From Octopus vulgaris (lineage: Eukaryota): DNA of 64,000 nucleotides. This document shows, in pieces, positions 51,593 to 64,000 of this stretch; positions within the stretch are counted from its first letter, which is position 1, and every line of letters begins with the position of its first letter. A program made the translations under genes and the position numbers. The notes under the pieces were generated by a model. That model saw only the letters and a list, made by a program, of their open reading frames with translations. It did no database searches and was not told the origin of the DNA. The stretch is from contig OX597816.1 of assembly GCA_951406725.2 (NCBI GenBank), forward strand, positions 57,040,001 to 57,104,000. The letters run 5' to 3'.

Positions 51593-52886
51593 TCTTTATT
51601 AGCCACACAGGGCCGAACACAGAGGGGACAAAATACAATGTAGAGCTTTTCTTTTCGAAAGAAAAAAAAAGGAAAGTGGAAAATAGAAAAAAGGAGGGAA
51701 AAATTCCGATCAAAAGGGATCGTGTAAAGAAAATCCTATCAAAAGGGATCGTGTATCACAGAACAAAGTAAAAATGTGAAAAACAGATTAGGTTTATCCG
51801 TGGAAAGAAAAGCCTACGAAAAAGACCACGGTAACCTCAGGTAGGGAGGGGAAAAAACACATGAGAGCAAAGTGCTCTCTCCCACTTTTTTGGATTTACA
51901 GGATCATGCTCAACGTGGTTTCGTCATTCGCGCGTACCATCTTTGCTACATTCGTTCACCTTTTACTGAATGTTTCATGAGACAAAACTTGCCTCTCTCT
52001 TCTCACCTTCCTTTTCAAGTGGTACTTGAAAAAAAGTTGATGAGCGATTGGCCAGAGAGGAGAGTGTTTGTCTCTAATCCTTTGTCTCGAGTCCACCACA
52101 CACATTCTTTCACCATGGCCACAAGTAGGAGGAAAACTGCTTTGCCTTCCCGATTAAGGGAAGATGGCGGAGTAATTTTCACGATAGACTCGGCCGACAT
52201 CCGAATTCGTCCCACACGCGATAGCAGCCGTTCGGCATAAACCCACAGGGCCGAAATGGTTGGACACAGCACGAGTGCGTGCAGAATAGTTTCCTCACTC
52301 TGACCCCATGTCGGGCAGTTGGTCCGATGTATCTCGAACGGTGCCTGTAGAGCTTATCCCAAACGGATAATGCTTCTCGATAGTACTGCCAGGCTAGTGA
52401 TCTTTGGTGATTGTCCATAGTCCCAGCCCGAACATTGTCCTGAACAGGCGGGTCAGCTGTTTCTCGTCGACGCCCAGATTCTCCCCGAGAACATTGTTGC
52501 ACCTCCCCCCCTCCACTAATCCTCTATAGAACACCTTCGTGAAATTGAAGTCGCATAAATTTGGTCCGGACGGCAGAGTTGCTTGAGAGCAAGGCGGCGG
52601 CACTCGCGGTGCTATTCGCCTAGCATCGGTCTCTGTTTGATCAACGGCTGCAGTTCGGCCAAAGAGACGAGGTGCGGGAAAGCGCGCCTCACAAACGGCA
52701 ACCACACCTATTCACCGTCGTCTATGAAACGCCGGAGAAGTCACAGTCTATCTACCTCGCTAAATGGAGGGATGGGCATGCCATGATTGATATCTGCGCA
52801 TCATCAACCACGGCATGATCATCATCAACCACGCATCATCTGCGCATCATCAACCACGCCCAGCCCTCCATTTAGCGAGGTAGATA
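51591..52886 (-). mobile_element. L1/Tx1-like LINE 3' end within (GATA)n, with rearranged 5' junction
   Basis: Minus: HQRSLAWQYYREALSVWDKL...SEETILHALVLCPTISALW...KECVWWTR (zf-RVT-like C-terminus); AATAAA directly before the (CTAT)n tract; LNGG(M/L)G segment present in both orientations at 52748-52886. Confidence 0.8.
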
Positions 52887-52934
52887 AATAGACAGATAGA
52901 CAGACAGATAGATAGATAGATAGACACAAGCACA

Positions 52935-52962
52935 CATGTATGTATTTATGTATGTATATATG

Positions 52963-52996
<34 letters not shown>

Positions 52997-53330
52997 TGTA
53001 TGTATGTATGTACGTATGTGATGTATGTATATATGTATATATGTATGTATGCATGTATGTATATATGTATATATGTATGTACGTATGTATGTACGTATGT
53101 ATGTATGTATGTATGCATGTATGTATGTATGTATGTATGTATGTATGTATGTATGTACGTATGTATGTATGTATGTATGTATGCATGCATGTATGTATGT
53201 ATGTATGTATGTATGTATGTATGTATGTATGTATGTATGTATGTATGTATGTATGCATGCATGCATGCATGCATGTATGTATGTATGTATGTATGTATGT
53301 ATGTATGTATGTATGTATGTATGTATGTAT
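52935..53330. repeat. (TATG)n microsatellite
   Basis: Directly visible. Confidence 0.97.
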
Positions 53331-53699
53331 CATTCTAATGAGTTATGTGTTGGTATTTCAGATCTGACAAACTCCCAGTGAAAACGAAGACTTCTGCCGT
53401 AGAATCTTGTTTGAACATCACATATTTACGAGTTTCCTTTACAAACGATTCTGACAAAACCCCCAAAAGTTACAAGCTTGGAACTATGTCCTAACGACAT
53501 TCCTTTCACATTTTTCAAGCATTTTCTCTCACTTGTTCTTTGTCTAACCACCCCAAATACATCATGAATTAATCAGCCGAAAGAAATAACACCCGACTTC
53601 AACCATGACATTTGTTATTTCACCTTCTTCCTTTCTTCTCTCTCCTATTGGAACCCCATCAAGTCTGCTGGAACTCCCAGAACATTATTATCATTATTA

Positions 53700-53760
<61 letters not shown>

Positions 53761-54169
53761 GCTTATAAATGACAAGCTTCAGACAGAATAACAAACTGAT
53801 ATTAATTCATCAAACTTGTTTTCTTCTTCCGCCACTTTTGCGGTAACATTTAATAATGTCTTGCGGAGCAGCAGATATTACTTTACCGCCACCACCGCCA
53901 CCTCGCCGCCGCCATCACTATTAATAACACCACCACCACCACCACCACCACCACCACCGCTACCACAACTACAACCGCCACCGTCGCCTTCACTACTGCT
54001 GCTAGTGCTACGACTATCATGTTCATAGCCACCACGAACAACACTTACTAATAACATCCCCACCGTCACATCACCGCCATGACATCACTACAATCGCACA
54101 ATCAGCATATATACGTGTGTTGTGTGTGTGTGTGTGTGTGTTAATTTAAAAAAGTACGCAGAAATAAAA

Positions 54170-54594
54170 ATTTCTCTATTGCCCACAAGGGGCTAAACAT
54201 AAAAGGGACAAACAAGGACAGACAAACGGAATAAGTTGATTATATCGACCCAGTGCGTAACTGGTACTTTTTTAATCGATCCGAAAAGGATGAAAGGCAA
54301 AGTCGACCTTGGCGGAATTTGAACTCAGAACGCCGACCTTGGCGGAATTTGAACTCAGAATGTAACGGCAGACAAAATACCTATTTCTTTATTACCCACA
54401 AGGGGCTAAACAAACAAGGACAGACATATATATTAAGTCGATTACATCGACCCTAGTTCGTAACTGGTACTTATTTAATCGACACGAAAAGGATGCACGG
54501 CAAAGTCAACCTTGGCGGAATTTGAACTCAGAACGTAACAGCTGACGAAATACCGCTAAGCATTTTGTCCAGCGTGCTAACGATTCTGCCAGCT
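54170..54594 (-). mobile_element. SINE family B with partial tandem body
   Basis: Two bodies joined at aaatacctatttcttt, plus a short local duplication. Confidence 0.85.
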
Positions 54595-54720
54595 GCACAC
54601 AGAAATAAAACGCATTGACGAAATGTCTGATGTTATTCAAAAGCGATTTTTTTTTGCTCTACAAGTTTGTGTGTTTTGATTAATTAATCTTATTGAGTTT
54701 GTGTATTTTCAGATTATTGA

Positions 54721-55130
54721 AATGGAATGTCAAGTGGACAAAGCTGAACGTCTTCAACACCATTCGCTTGTTTCATTTAATCGAGGTGTTAAACCTGCCG
54801 GAGCTGCTCGTGTTATTTATTTGTGCTGTGTATGGAGCAGGAGCAATGCTTCAAAGTACCACCTGGCGTTGGTTTTCGCGCTTCAAAAATGGGAACTCTG
54901 ACATGAAGGACGGATCACACACCAAGTCGACCAACTGAGTTCGCTAAAGAGCGATTGAATCAACTTCTTCACGAAAATCCGCGTCAAACGACCAGACAAT
55001 GGGCGGAACAGACGTATTGTGATAAAAAGAAAAAAAAACTGTGAACAGCCTTAACTCAATGAGCAAGGTTAAGAAACTTGTCGCTTGAGTTCCACTCACT
55101 TTGAGCAAAACCAACAAACATCAACACTCC
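54721..55130 (+). mobile_element. Mariner transposase N-terminal fragment
   Basis: MECQVDKAERLQH...FNRGVKPAGAAR / ICAVYG...TTWRWFSRFKNGNSDMKD...LHENPRQTTR...LA*VPLTL (WVPH-like). Confidence 0.82.
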
Positions 55131-55373
55131 ATAATATACATACATACATATCTGTGTGTGTGTGTGTGTGTGTATGTGTGTGTATTATGTGTGTATATGT
55201 ATTCATATATATTTATATGTAAATATATATGTATGTATATATTTAGCTATGAGTGTCTATGTTTGTCACCCCACTGTCGCATGTCAACCGATGCTGGTGT
55301 GTGCACGTGTGTATGTATGCACGTAGATATGTATATATGTATGTAGTATTGCATATATCTACGTATGTATTTA

Positions 55374-55408
<35 letters not shown>

Positions 55409-55429
55409 ATAAACCTATCTATGTGCGTG

Positions 55430-55648
55430 TGTCTTTGTGTTTGTTTCGTTTCACCGCTTAACAACCGTTGTTGGTGTGTTTACGTGCCCGAAACCTAGCG
55501 ATTCGGCAAAATATTTCGATAAATTTGTACCAGGCTTTAAAAAGATAAATCCTGGGGTCGATTCCCTCGACTGAAAACTCTTCAAGGCGGCGCCCCAGCA
55601 TGGCCGCAGTCTAATGACTGCAACAAGTAAAATGTACAAGGTAAAAGA
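55430..55648 (+). mobile_element. SINE family A, 3' part
   Basis: ggtgtgtttacgt...ccagcatggccgcagtctaatgactg. Confidence 0.8.
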
Positions 55649-56024
55649 CAGTCTGTGTGTCCCGACGCCTGTCGATGAAGTTTAAAGGAGAAATTCGTGG
55701 AAGTCATTTTAGAGTGGAGAGTAAAATACCCCAAACAGTTAGGAATCGATGAACAATGTACCCAATGTATAACACACAAACGAAAGACAAAGAATAGGGG
55801 TCGGGTAATACGGGCGCATTAGATGAACATTTAGAACAGTGTGATATGCAAGAAATAAGATCAAAGGAATTGATACTGTAGCTGTTAATGATTTATATTC
55901 TTCGCTGGACACGACGCCAAGTAGCAAGACTAAAGAGGAAGACAAGAGAAATGAACGTTGCATGTAGAACCAGTCAAAGAGTCACATGTAACATAGAGTT
56001 GCCATTAGTAGAGAATTTATACGG

Positions 56025-56450
56025 CATAACTATATATGGATGCGAGACCTGGACACTAAAGAAAGCTGACCGGAAGAGAATTAATGCATTCGAGCTTTGG
56101 TGTTGGAGAAGACTTTTACGGATTCCATGGACAGCGAGGCTCACCAATGGAGGAGTTCTTAAGCAGATCAGGCCGAAAATGTCGCTAGAAGCTAGGATCA
56201 CTAAGCATAGATTGGCATATTTTCGTCATACTATGCGGAGAAAATCCCCGGAGAAGGACATCATGCTCGGAATGGTCAGTGGCAAGAGAGGAAGAGGCCG
56301 ACCAGGAACCCGCTGGCTTGACACCATCAAGATTGATACCGGAATGGACATAGCCAATCTGAAAGAAGCGGCCCAGGATAGAACTGACTGGAGGACACTG
56401 ATCCATCGAGTAACCGAGAGTCGACTTCGACTGAGCGGATAGATAGATAG
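56025..56450 (+). mobile_element. RTE/BovB-like LINE 3' end with (GATA) tail
   Basis: YGCETWTLKKADRKRINAFELWCWRRLLRIPWTAR...GKRGRGRPGTRWLDTI...DRTDWRTLIHRVTESRLRL. Confidence 0.93.
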
Positions 56451-56997
56451 AACTGGTAGGAAGAAATACCACACGGTATTTTTGCTGCCGTCCTTGCGAT
56501 TCTAACATTATGCTGCCTTCCAGTGGTTTCATATTTTGTGACAAGGCCAGCAAATTTAGGGCAGGTCTATAGTAGATCACATCCAGCCCAGTACTTGGCT
56601 GGCTATTTATTTACTCGGCGCTGAAAAAGTGAAAGTCTTCTTTTCGGTGTGATTTTGAATTCAAAACATGAAAAGCCAGAATAAACGTTGCAGGGCATTT
56701 TCTCTGACGTTCTCTGACGCTTCTTCAAATAGACCACCATCTTTTTTTTGTTTTTTGTTTTGAACATTTAGTTTCGGTATTCTTTATGTTTGTATTGTGT
56801 ATATAATACACACACACACAGACGCATGCGCACAAACACACACACGCTCCTATATACGTCAGACAATGAATAATATGTTATTTTTAAGCGAGGCTGTTTG
56901 ATTGGTTGAATAAATGTCTTATATTAGTTGTGGTGTACATTGCTGTGTTTGTCTTTTGGTTGTATGCCCAAATATACATGCATACCATATATACACA

Positions 56998-57066
<69 letters not shown>

Positions 57067-57113
57067 CATATATACATATATATATATATGCATATACATA
57101 CATATATATATGC

Positions 57114-57226
<113 letters not shown>

Positions 57227-58660
57227 CACACACATATTCCACTTACAAACTTGCATTTACATACATACTATACAATCTTGTAAATAGATGGCTAGTAACG
57301 TATGTATATTTAGGTGAGTGTTGTTTTGTGTGTGTTAGAGAATGTATAAACGTGTGCGGTGTAGACGTAGCGTTCATTTTTAGATTCTTCGTTTGAGGAA
57401 TTAACATCAAATTATCTGTATACATTTCGTCTGCACAATATTTTTTTTTTCTTTTGGAATGATGAGTTGGTTTTAGAATCTGGTTTTATTCTTTAATATT
57501 CCTAGGATGAAATTTTCTATTTGCGATAGCTTTTCATTTTTCCCCTTTTCTTTTTTTTTTTTTTTTTGTTTTATCTAAGCACATGGAAAGAACATGCTTT
57601 ATTAAACGAATAACCAATGGATTTACGTAGAACAGACACCTCAAGATGTATCGGTAAATAGTCGAGAATTGCATTAGTGTATTACTTTACGTACAACCAA
57701 GAACAGAAGGGATTTTGCCGCTGATAAACTCATTAGAATTCACAAAAAAATAAAAGCCAATAGGAGGCGCAGTGGGAGATTTCTATTACTGTTCCTTACA
57801 TCAGCCATTAGACCCGACATCTGACACCTCATCAACGCTTTCTTCGCCATTTCAACAGTTTATATACTCTCAAACATGCAAACATATACATACGGCAAAA
57901 CATGTGTTTTTATGTATATGAATGTATACATATGTGTTTACGTATAAGTGTCTGTATGTGTTCATGTGTGTGCCTGCGGGTAGAGTGTATATTCATATGT
58001 ATAAAATATATATATATATATGTTCAGCAAAATTCAGATTTAGATGAATATGGTACTTAAGTTAAAGGCACCAGAATTTGGTATGGTATAATCCATATAA
58101 ATCAAATGGGGTGATTATAATCAAAATAAGCAACAAGGATACCCAAGGTATCCTTGGGTATACTTGTTGGATATCTTGGGTACCCTTGTTGCATATTTTG
58201 GGTATATAAATATATATATATATATGTACTTGTATGTATGTATGCATGTATGTATGTATGTATGTATGTATGTATGTATGTATGTATGTATGTATGTATG
58301 TATGTATGTATGTATGTATGTATATTTATGTATGTATGTATTTATGTATATATGTATGCATGTATACTTATGCATGTGTGTCTGTAGTGTAAGAAATATA
58401 TTAGCCAGTCATTTGGTGCAATGCAGGGAAATATTCTAAATTTAAATCAATCAGATTTTATTCACATGTATCATATCCTACATGTGTCTCCATGTAATCG
58501 TGCTACGGCGCCTTTTTTTCTGCCTACGAAGAGATAAAAATCTGTGGTGTAACTACTTTTCTTACACCTCACAGTCAGACTAAATTGTATGTTTATTAAT
58601 TAGATGCACCTTACATTTGAGTGGTGTACATACACGTGTGTGTGTATGCGTGTGTGCGTG

Positions 58661-58765
<105 letters not shown>

Positions 58766-59549
58766 AGATGCGCTGAATGAGTGACGATTTCCCATAAAAA
58801 TTAAGGCTGAAGTTTGTCTTACTCTACACAATGCAGTCTTTGAAGGTTCAATACGGAATCGGGCTTTGAGCTCAATAAAGTTGAAATGAATTCAGTAAGG
58901 GCATCTGATGAAAGGATCTGTAAGCGATTTGGAATGGTTATTGGTTATTTAAACGGAGTGAAAGTCAGAAATATTCCTCACTCGTTTCCAGTTGTTTTAT
59001 GATCGTTCATTTCCACCATATGCGCGGGTGTGTGCACGCGTGCGTGTGTGCCTGCGTGTGTGTGTGTGTGTGCATGCGTGTGTGTATGTGTGTGCGCGCG
59101 TCTGTTTGTGAGCATGCGTGTGTCTTTGTGCGTTTGCGAAGTGTGTGTGCAGATGTGCGTTTGTGTGCACGCGTGTGCATATGCGTGTGTGTTGTGTGTG
59201 TGTGTTATGGGTATCGCGAAAGGCCTGGTTGGAGACCCAACCTTCCGAATTCTTTTTTACAGGGCTTAGAGAATCTGAAGGACGACTCCAATAAGTGTCT
59301 GAGAGAGGAATATGTTTAATAAAACATATTCCCTTTCCTACAGGAAGCCTAATGAGGAAACGACGTAATATATACACAAAAACTTGAATCACCCCCATCC
59401 CCGCTGTAAGTAGAAACCTTGTTCGGCCAACAGGGGCTTTTTTAATAGGGCTTCCCCCACCCACTACAACGATGCTCTCGCTAGGAGCGAGTTCACAGAG
59501 CTCACTATGTGAAGGACCTCCAAAACCCCTCCCCACACCCCAAGTGGAT

Positions 59550-60190
59550 TAGGAAGAGAAAAAGTATCTGGTTCAATCTCTCGTTCAACCTTGAAGTTTC
59601 TACCAACGTTGCTAGGAACTTCCTGTAGTTAATTAAGAAGCATTTCCCTAGAGGCTATAAGTATAACAAGTTCTTTAACCCTCACAATGTCAAGGTGACC
59701 TACGCCTGCTTAGACAACATCGCAGCTAATATTGCACGCATCAACAGACGCAAAAATGCACACACACAACTACCAACCTGCAACTTCCGAAACCCTACCA
59801 TCTGCCCTCAAGGAGGATCCTGCCTCTCTAGGACGATAGTCTACAGAGCAACACTCATACTATCCAATGGCACCACTAAGGACTATATGGGTATGACAGC
59901 CAATGAATTCAAGGGAAGATACTCACATCACATGCACTCACTCAGATGCAGGGACAGAAAGAACTCTACTTCCTTGTCTTGCTTTCTCTGGAGACTCCGT
60001 GACCTCCGAAACGAACCACCTAGCATCAAGTGCACTATCATCGACAGGGTGCCATCACATTTACCCGGCGCCTATAATTACTAGTTCTGCTTCCGTGAAA
60101 GACTGCATATCCCCCACCAACTCACATTATCCATCAACAGGAAATATGGTCAGTTCTATTACTGTCACCCTTCTGGCAAATTTCAAGCAA
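59550..60190 (+). mobile_element. Penelope-like element fragment (linker + GIY-YIG), degenerate
   Basis: RKRKSIWFNLSFNLEVSTNVARNFL*LIKKHFP...VKVTYACLDNI...ICPQGGSCLSRTIVYRATL...YMGMTANEFKGRYSHH...STSLS. Confidence 0.88.
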
Positions 60191-62028
60191 ATGACCGCCG
60201 ACAACTCGGATTTAACACCTTAGTACCAGTTGTTCCCCTGTATTGGCTGCTGCAAGGTCACCGCCGTCAACCCCCATGAACAGGGCCGATAACCACCAAC
60301 CCCTATCGCCGGTGTATTCCTGTCCACCGACAAATCCACACTCCTTGTATATGTTCACCCACACCAGTATACATTTACACCCGCACGCACGTGTGCACGT
60401 GCGCATACGCATGTACGCAAACATATATATACACACACATACACACACACGCTTACATACAAATACAGACACACAGACATATATGCGTCGCGCTCGCACA
60501 TCCGTATAAACAAATACATACACACACACATACGCACGGACGTATACACACACACGTCCGTATTCGCTCGTAGGCATGTATCTACATAATTTCATACATA
60601 CATGCACAATCATACACACACGCATACATAAACACTCATGCATATATACGTACGTACTCGCACATCTGCACAAACATATACATGCACGCACACACACATA
60701 CACATACGCACGCTGGCATACACGCACACATCTGCATGCGCGCACGCATATATCCACACAGTCTTATACATACATGCATGCATACACCCACGCACTCACA
60801 TACGTGCACGTATACGTGCATACAAGTTCATATGCTTACTCTCTTATCTATAGACCCAGTCGCACCACCCATCCCATTTCCTCTTCAACCACGCTGTCTA
60901 TTTCCTGTTCACCTCGCGGCCTTTTTTCCAAGAAACTGTTGTTACTGTACTACCAGCATTAAAACTGTGACATCACATGACCTTCCTTGACCAATAGCCG
61001 GTAGCTATCTTGGACTTTTCTATACCTCTGTTTTCATTCGAATTTCCACTGGACTTTAAGTAGCACGGAATTTGAATCAAACTATTCCGGTCCATATATA
61101 TGAATGCTCGATATGAGGAGTAGATAGATAGACGACAACTGATGAAGGGTCCTTTCTCTGTGTTCACTTGAGCTGTTTTCCAGGTTTTTTTCTCGTTGTT
61201 TACGTATTTCACTCGTTTTTCCCTCATTTGTTTACGTATTTCATGTTATTTGCACCGTTGGTGACGTCCTGTACCTATATATGTACGTGTGATATATATG
61301 CACATATATGTTAGGGGGCAAGGTATTTCTATCGAATCAACTCGCCAGTCAACTGAAAGGAATAAAGGCTGAAAGCCTTGACACACCAAACATCCAAACG
61401 CTTTAAACTTGCCATATGAACCTAACATCAAACGTCCTCCGCAGTCGTTACAACAGGCCTTACTCGCTCAAAATAATTCCTGTGATTCTAGAATATAAAC
61501 AGAGAAACTCTGGCATTTAATAACTTCCTTTACAGGACGACCGAAGCATTGAGCTCAATCAATTCTTTCATTTCCAGAAATTTCCAAATATATTCCAACC
61601 GCTAACTTTGAAATCTAACACACCTATGAAATGAATCAGTCCATTTGTCCATTTTCTCTCTTCAAGTGGGGGAGGTTATTGCTCGGTCATTAATAGATAA
61701 TACGTTTCCATTATCTTTGACCTACAACTTTGAAGTAGATCAGCTTAATTACATTGTATGGGACCCACTGAAGCGGTTTTAGTGTAGATAGATTATTTAA
61801 AGCAAACATTTATCTAGAAACTCTTCTGTTATTTTGACATTTGCCAAAATGTCAATATAATCATCGACAAATATTCAGGGCTTAAAATAATGGTGGCTGT
61901 CCGTAATTTCACATTAACACGGAAATCACTTACATTTGTCATGGTGACATTGAATAAATATGTATATATATACACACACTTATACAAACATATACAGATA
62001 TATAAACACACGCACAGACACATATATT

Positions 62029-62225
62029 CTTTTATTTGGTTCAGTCATTTGACTGCGACCATGCTGGAGCACTGCCTTTAGTCGAATGAATCAACCCCAT
62101 GACTTATTATCTGTATGCCTAGTACTTATACTATCAATCTCTTTTGCCGAACCGCTAGGTAACGGTGACGTAAACACACCAACATCGGTTGTCAAGCGAG
62201 GGAGCGGGGACAAACACAGACACAC
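62029..62225 (-). mobile_element. SINE family A, 3' part
   Basis: ttcagtcatttgactgcgaccatgctggagcac...ggggacaaacacaga. Confidence 0.85.
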
Positions 62226-62290
62226 AAATATATATGTGTGTGTATGTGTGTGTGTATGTTGTGTGTGTGTGTGTGTGTATATATGTATGT

Positions 62291-62357
<67 letters not shown>

Positions 62358-62582
62358 GTATGTATGTATATCTATACTAGTATTATAAGCCGATTTCATT
62401 CGGGTGTACTCGGACCACATTTTAAAGATGAGGAATTTTGCCCTAGAGGCCACGCATTTCAATTGAGCAAAGTTCCCCACCAATTTTAACAAAGGTGTGC
62501 AAATTTTCATGTCAATCCGACCACATTTACTAACACTTTTGCCTGCACAACTGTTTGTGAAGCAACGTCTGCCCTTTTCACA

Positions 62583-62650
<68 letters not shown>

Positions 62651-62691
62651 CAACGGGCTTCTTTCAGTCCGTCTACCAAATCCACTCACAA

Positions 62692-63031
62692 AGGAGGGGA
62701 GGAGGATAGAGGAGAATGATGGGAGGAGGGGAGGAGGATAGAGGAGAATGATGGGAGGAAGAGGAGGAGGGGAGGGGGAGGAGAGAAGGATAGAGGAGGT
62801 TATAGGGGGAGGGGAGAATAGAGGAGGAGGGGAGGAGGAGGAGAGAAGGATAGAGGAGGAGGTTATAGGGGGAGGGGAGGATAGAGGAGGAGGAGGGGAG
62901 GAGGAGGATGGGAGGAGGAGGAGGAGGATGGGAGGAGGAGGAAGAGGATGGGAGGAGGAGGAGGATAGGAGGAGGAAGATAAGAGGATGGAGGAGGAGGA
63001 TGGGAGGAGGAGGATAGGAGGAGGAGGAGGA
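62692..63031. repeat. Purine-rich (GGA)n low-complexity tract
   Basis: Directly visible. Confidence 0.95.
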
Positions 63032-63898
63032 CATGAAATGAGTGTAGATGTGAATGAGCGAATGCGTATGAAAATGTGAAAGAGAGTTTGTCGTTTACCA
63101 AAATGTGCGGAAGTGAACAAATCAATGATTAAAAAATGTAAATGATGGGGGAGAAAGTATGATGAAAAGAGTAGCAACGATAATAGGAGAAAGAGAGAGA
63201 GAGGAGGAGGGAGGGAGTAAATGAGCTGTAGTGATTATGAGGGCAACTTCGTTTGTGTTTATAAAAGTGAGTTTGGGAGAATATTTTTGAGTGAATGCGG
63301 GAATAAGCGAACGTAGAAATGAGTGAGTGTCGGCTATAGAATGAACGCTAGTGCAATCGAAAGGTGGAGAAAAAAAATATAGAATAACAATGGCAAATAG
63401 ATTCCAATTAAATCTCACTTGGTTATCTGTCTGGCAGTAAGTAAAAACCAAATCATAAACTCTATATTTCTAGCATCTAACACCCACCAGAATTTCAAAT
63501 CTGGCCTCGAAGCTTCACCATTCCAGTCTCGCAGCAACCACTCCTTTTTTTGTTAGATCCGATAACATTTAACGTGTTTCGCACATTTTCCTGTTCCGCT
63601 TCAAGAATCGGATCGAGTTTGGAAAAAAAAACAAAATTCAAATAAAACTAGAAGTATTCTGTTACAAATTGGCATTTAAAGTGATTTATTTGTTTTGTTG
63701 CACCGCTTTTGCTTTAAAAGTAAACCATCCGGTCTATCTTGGTTCCTTATTAAAAATCCAATTTATAATAAATATCAATTTCTTATAATAGGCTGCGTCT
63801 ACAATGACCATAATAACAATAATAATAATGATGATGATTTCATTTATCTTCCACATAGGCGATAATAATAATGATAATAATGATGATAATAATAATAA

Positions 63899-63976
<78 letters not shown>

Positions 63977-64000
63977 GACAAAGAAAAATCCCAGCAATGG

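Noticed and set aside
58901-58990. CTGATGA near the second PLE fragment
   Set aside because: No closing helix II/GAAA/UH arrangement found.

Overview
Repeat-dominated, AT-rich eukaryotic DNA with no confidently identifiable host gene. The microsatellite load ((TA)n, (CA)n, (CATA)n, (GATA)n, (GA)n) and the three recurrent tRNA-headed SINE families suggest an octopus (coleoid cephalopod) genome; this is an inference. Most ORF-track entries are microsatellite artefacts. The real coding remnants come from transposons: RTE, CR1-like, L1/Tx1-like and R4/Dong-like LINEs, Penelope-like (GIY-YIG) elements, mariner, maT/DD37D and Chapaev3-like transposases, plus non-coding Helitron-like elements. The main discovery is a dense set of type I hammerhead ribozyme (HHR) motifs, all with a self-complementary helix III. 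One lies in the 3' pseudo-LTR of a Penelope-like element. Others lie in young non-coding units of about 556 bp and 492 bp, arranged as tandem multimers plus an inverted arm, and in a smaller palindrome; all three structures sit in (TA)n with the same strand polarity. Together they look like a cephalopod retrozyme/circRNA system mobilised by Penelope-like elements. All folds and coordinates were read by eye (ends may be off by a few bases), and no activity is demonstrated.
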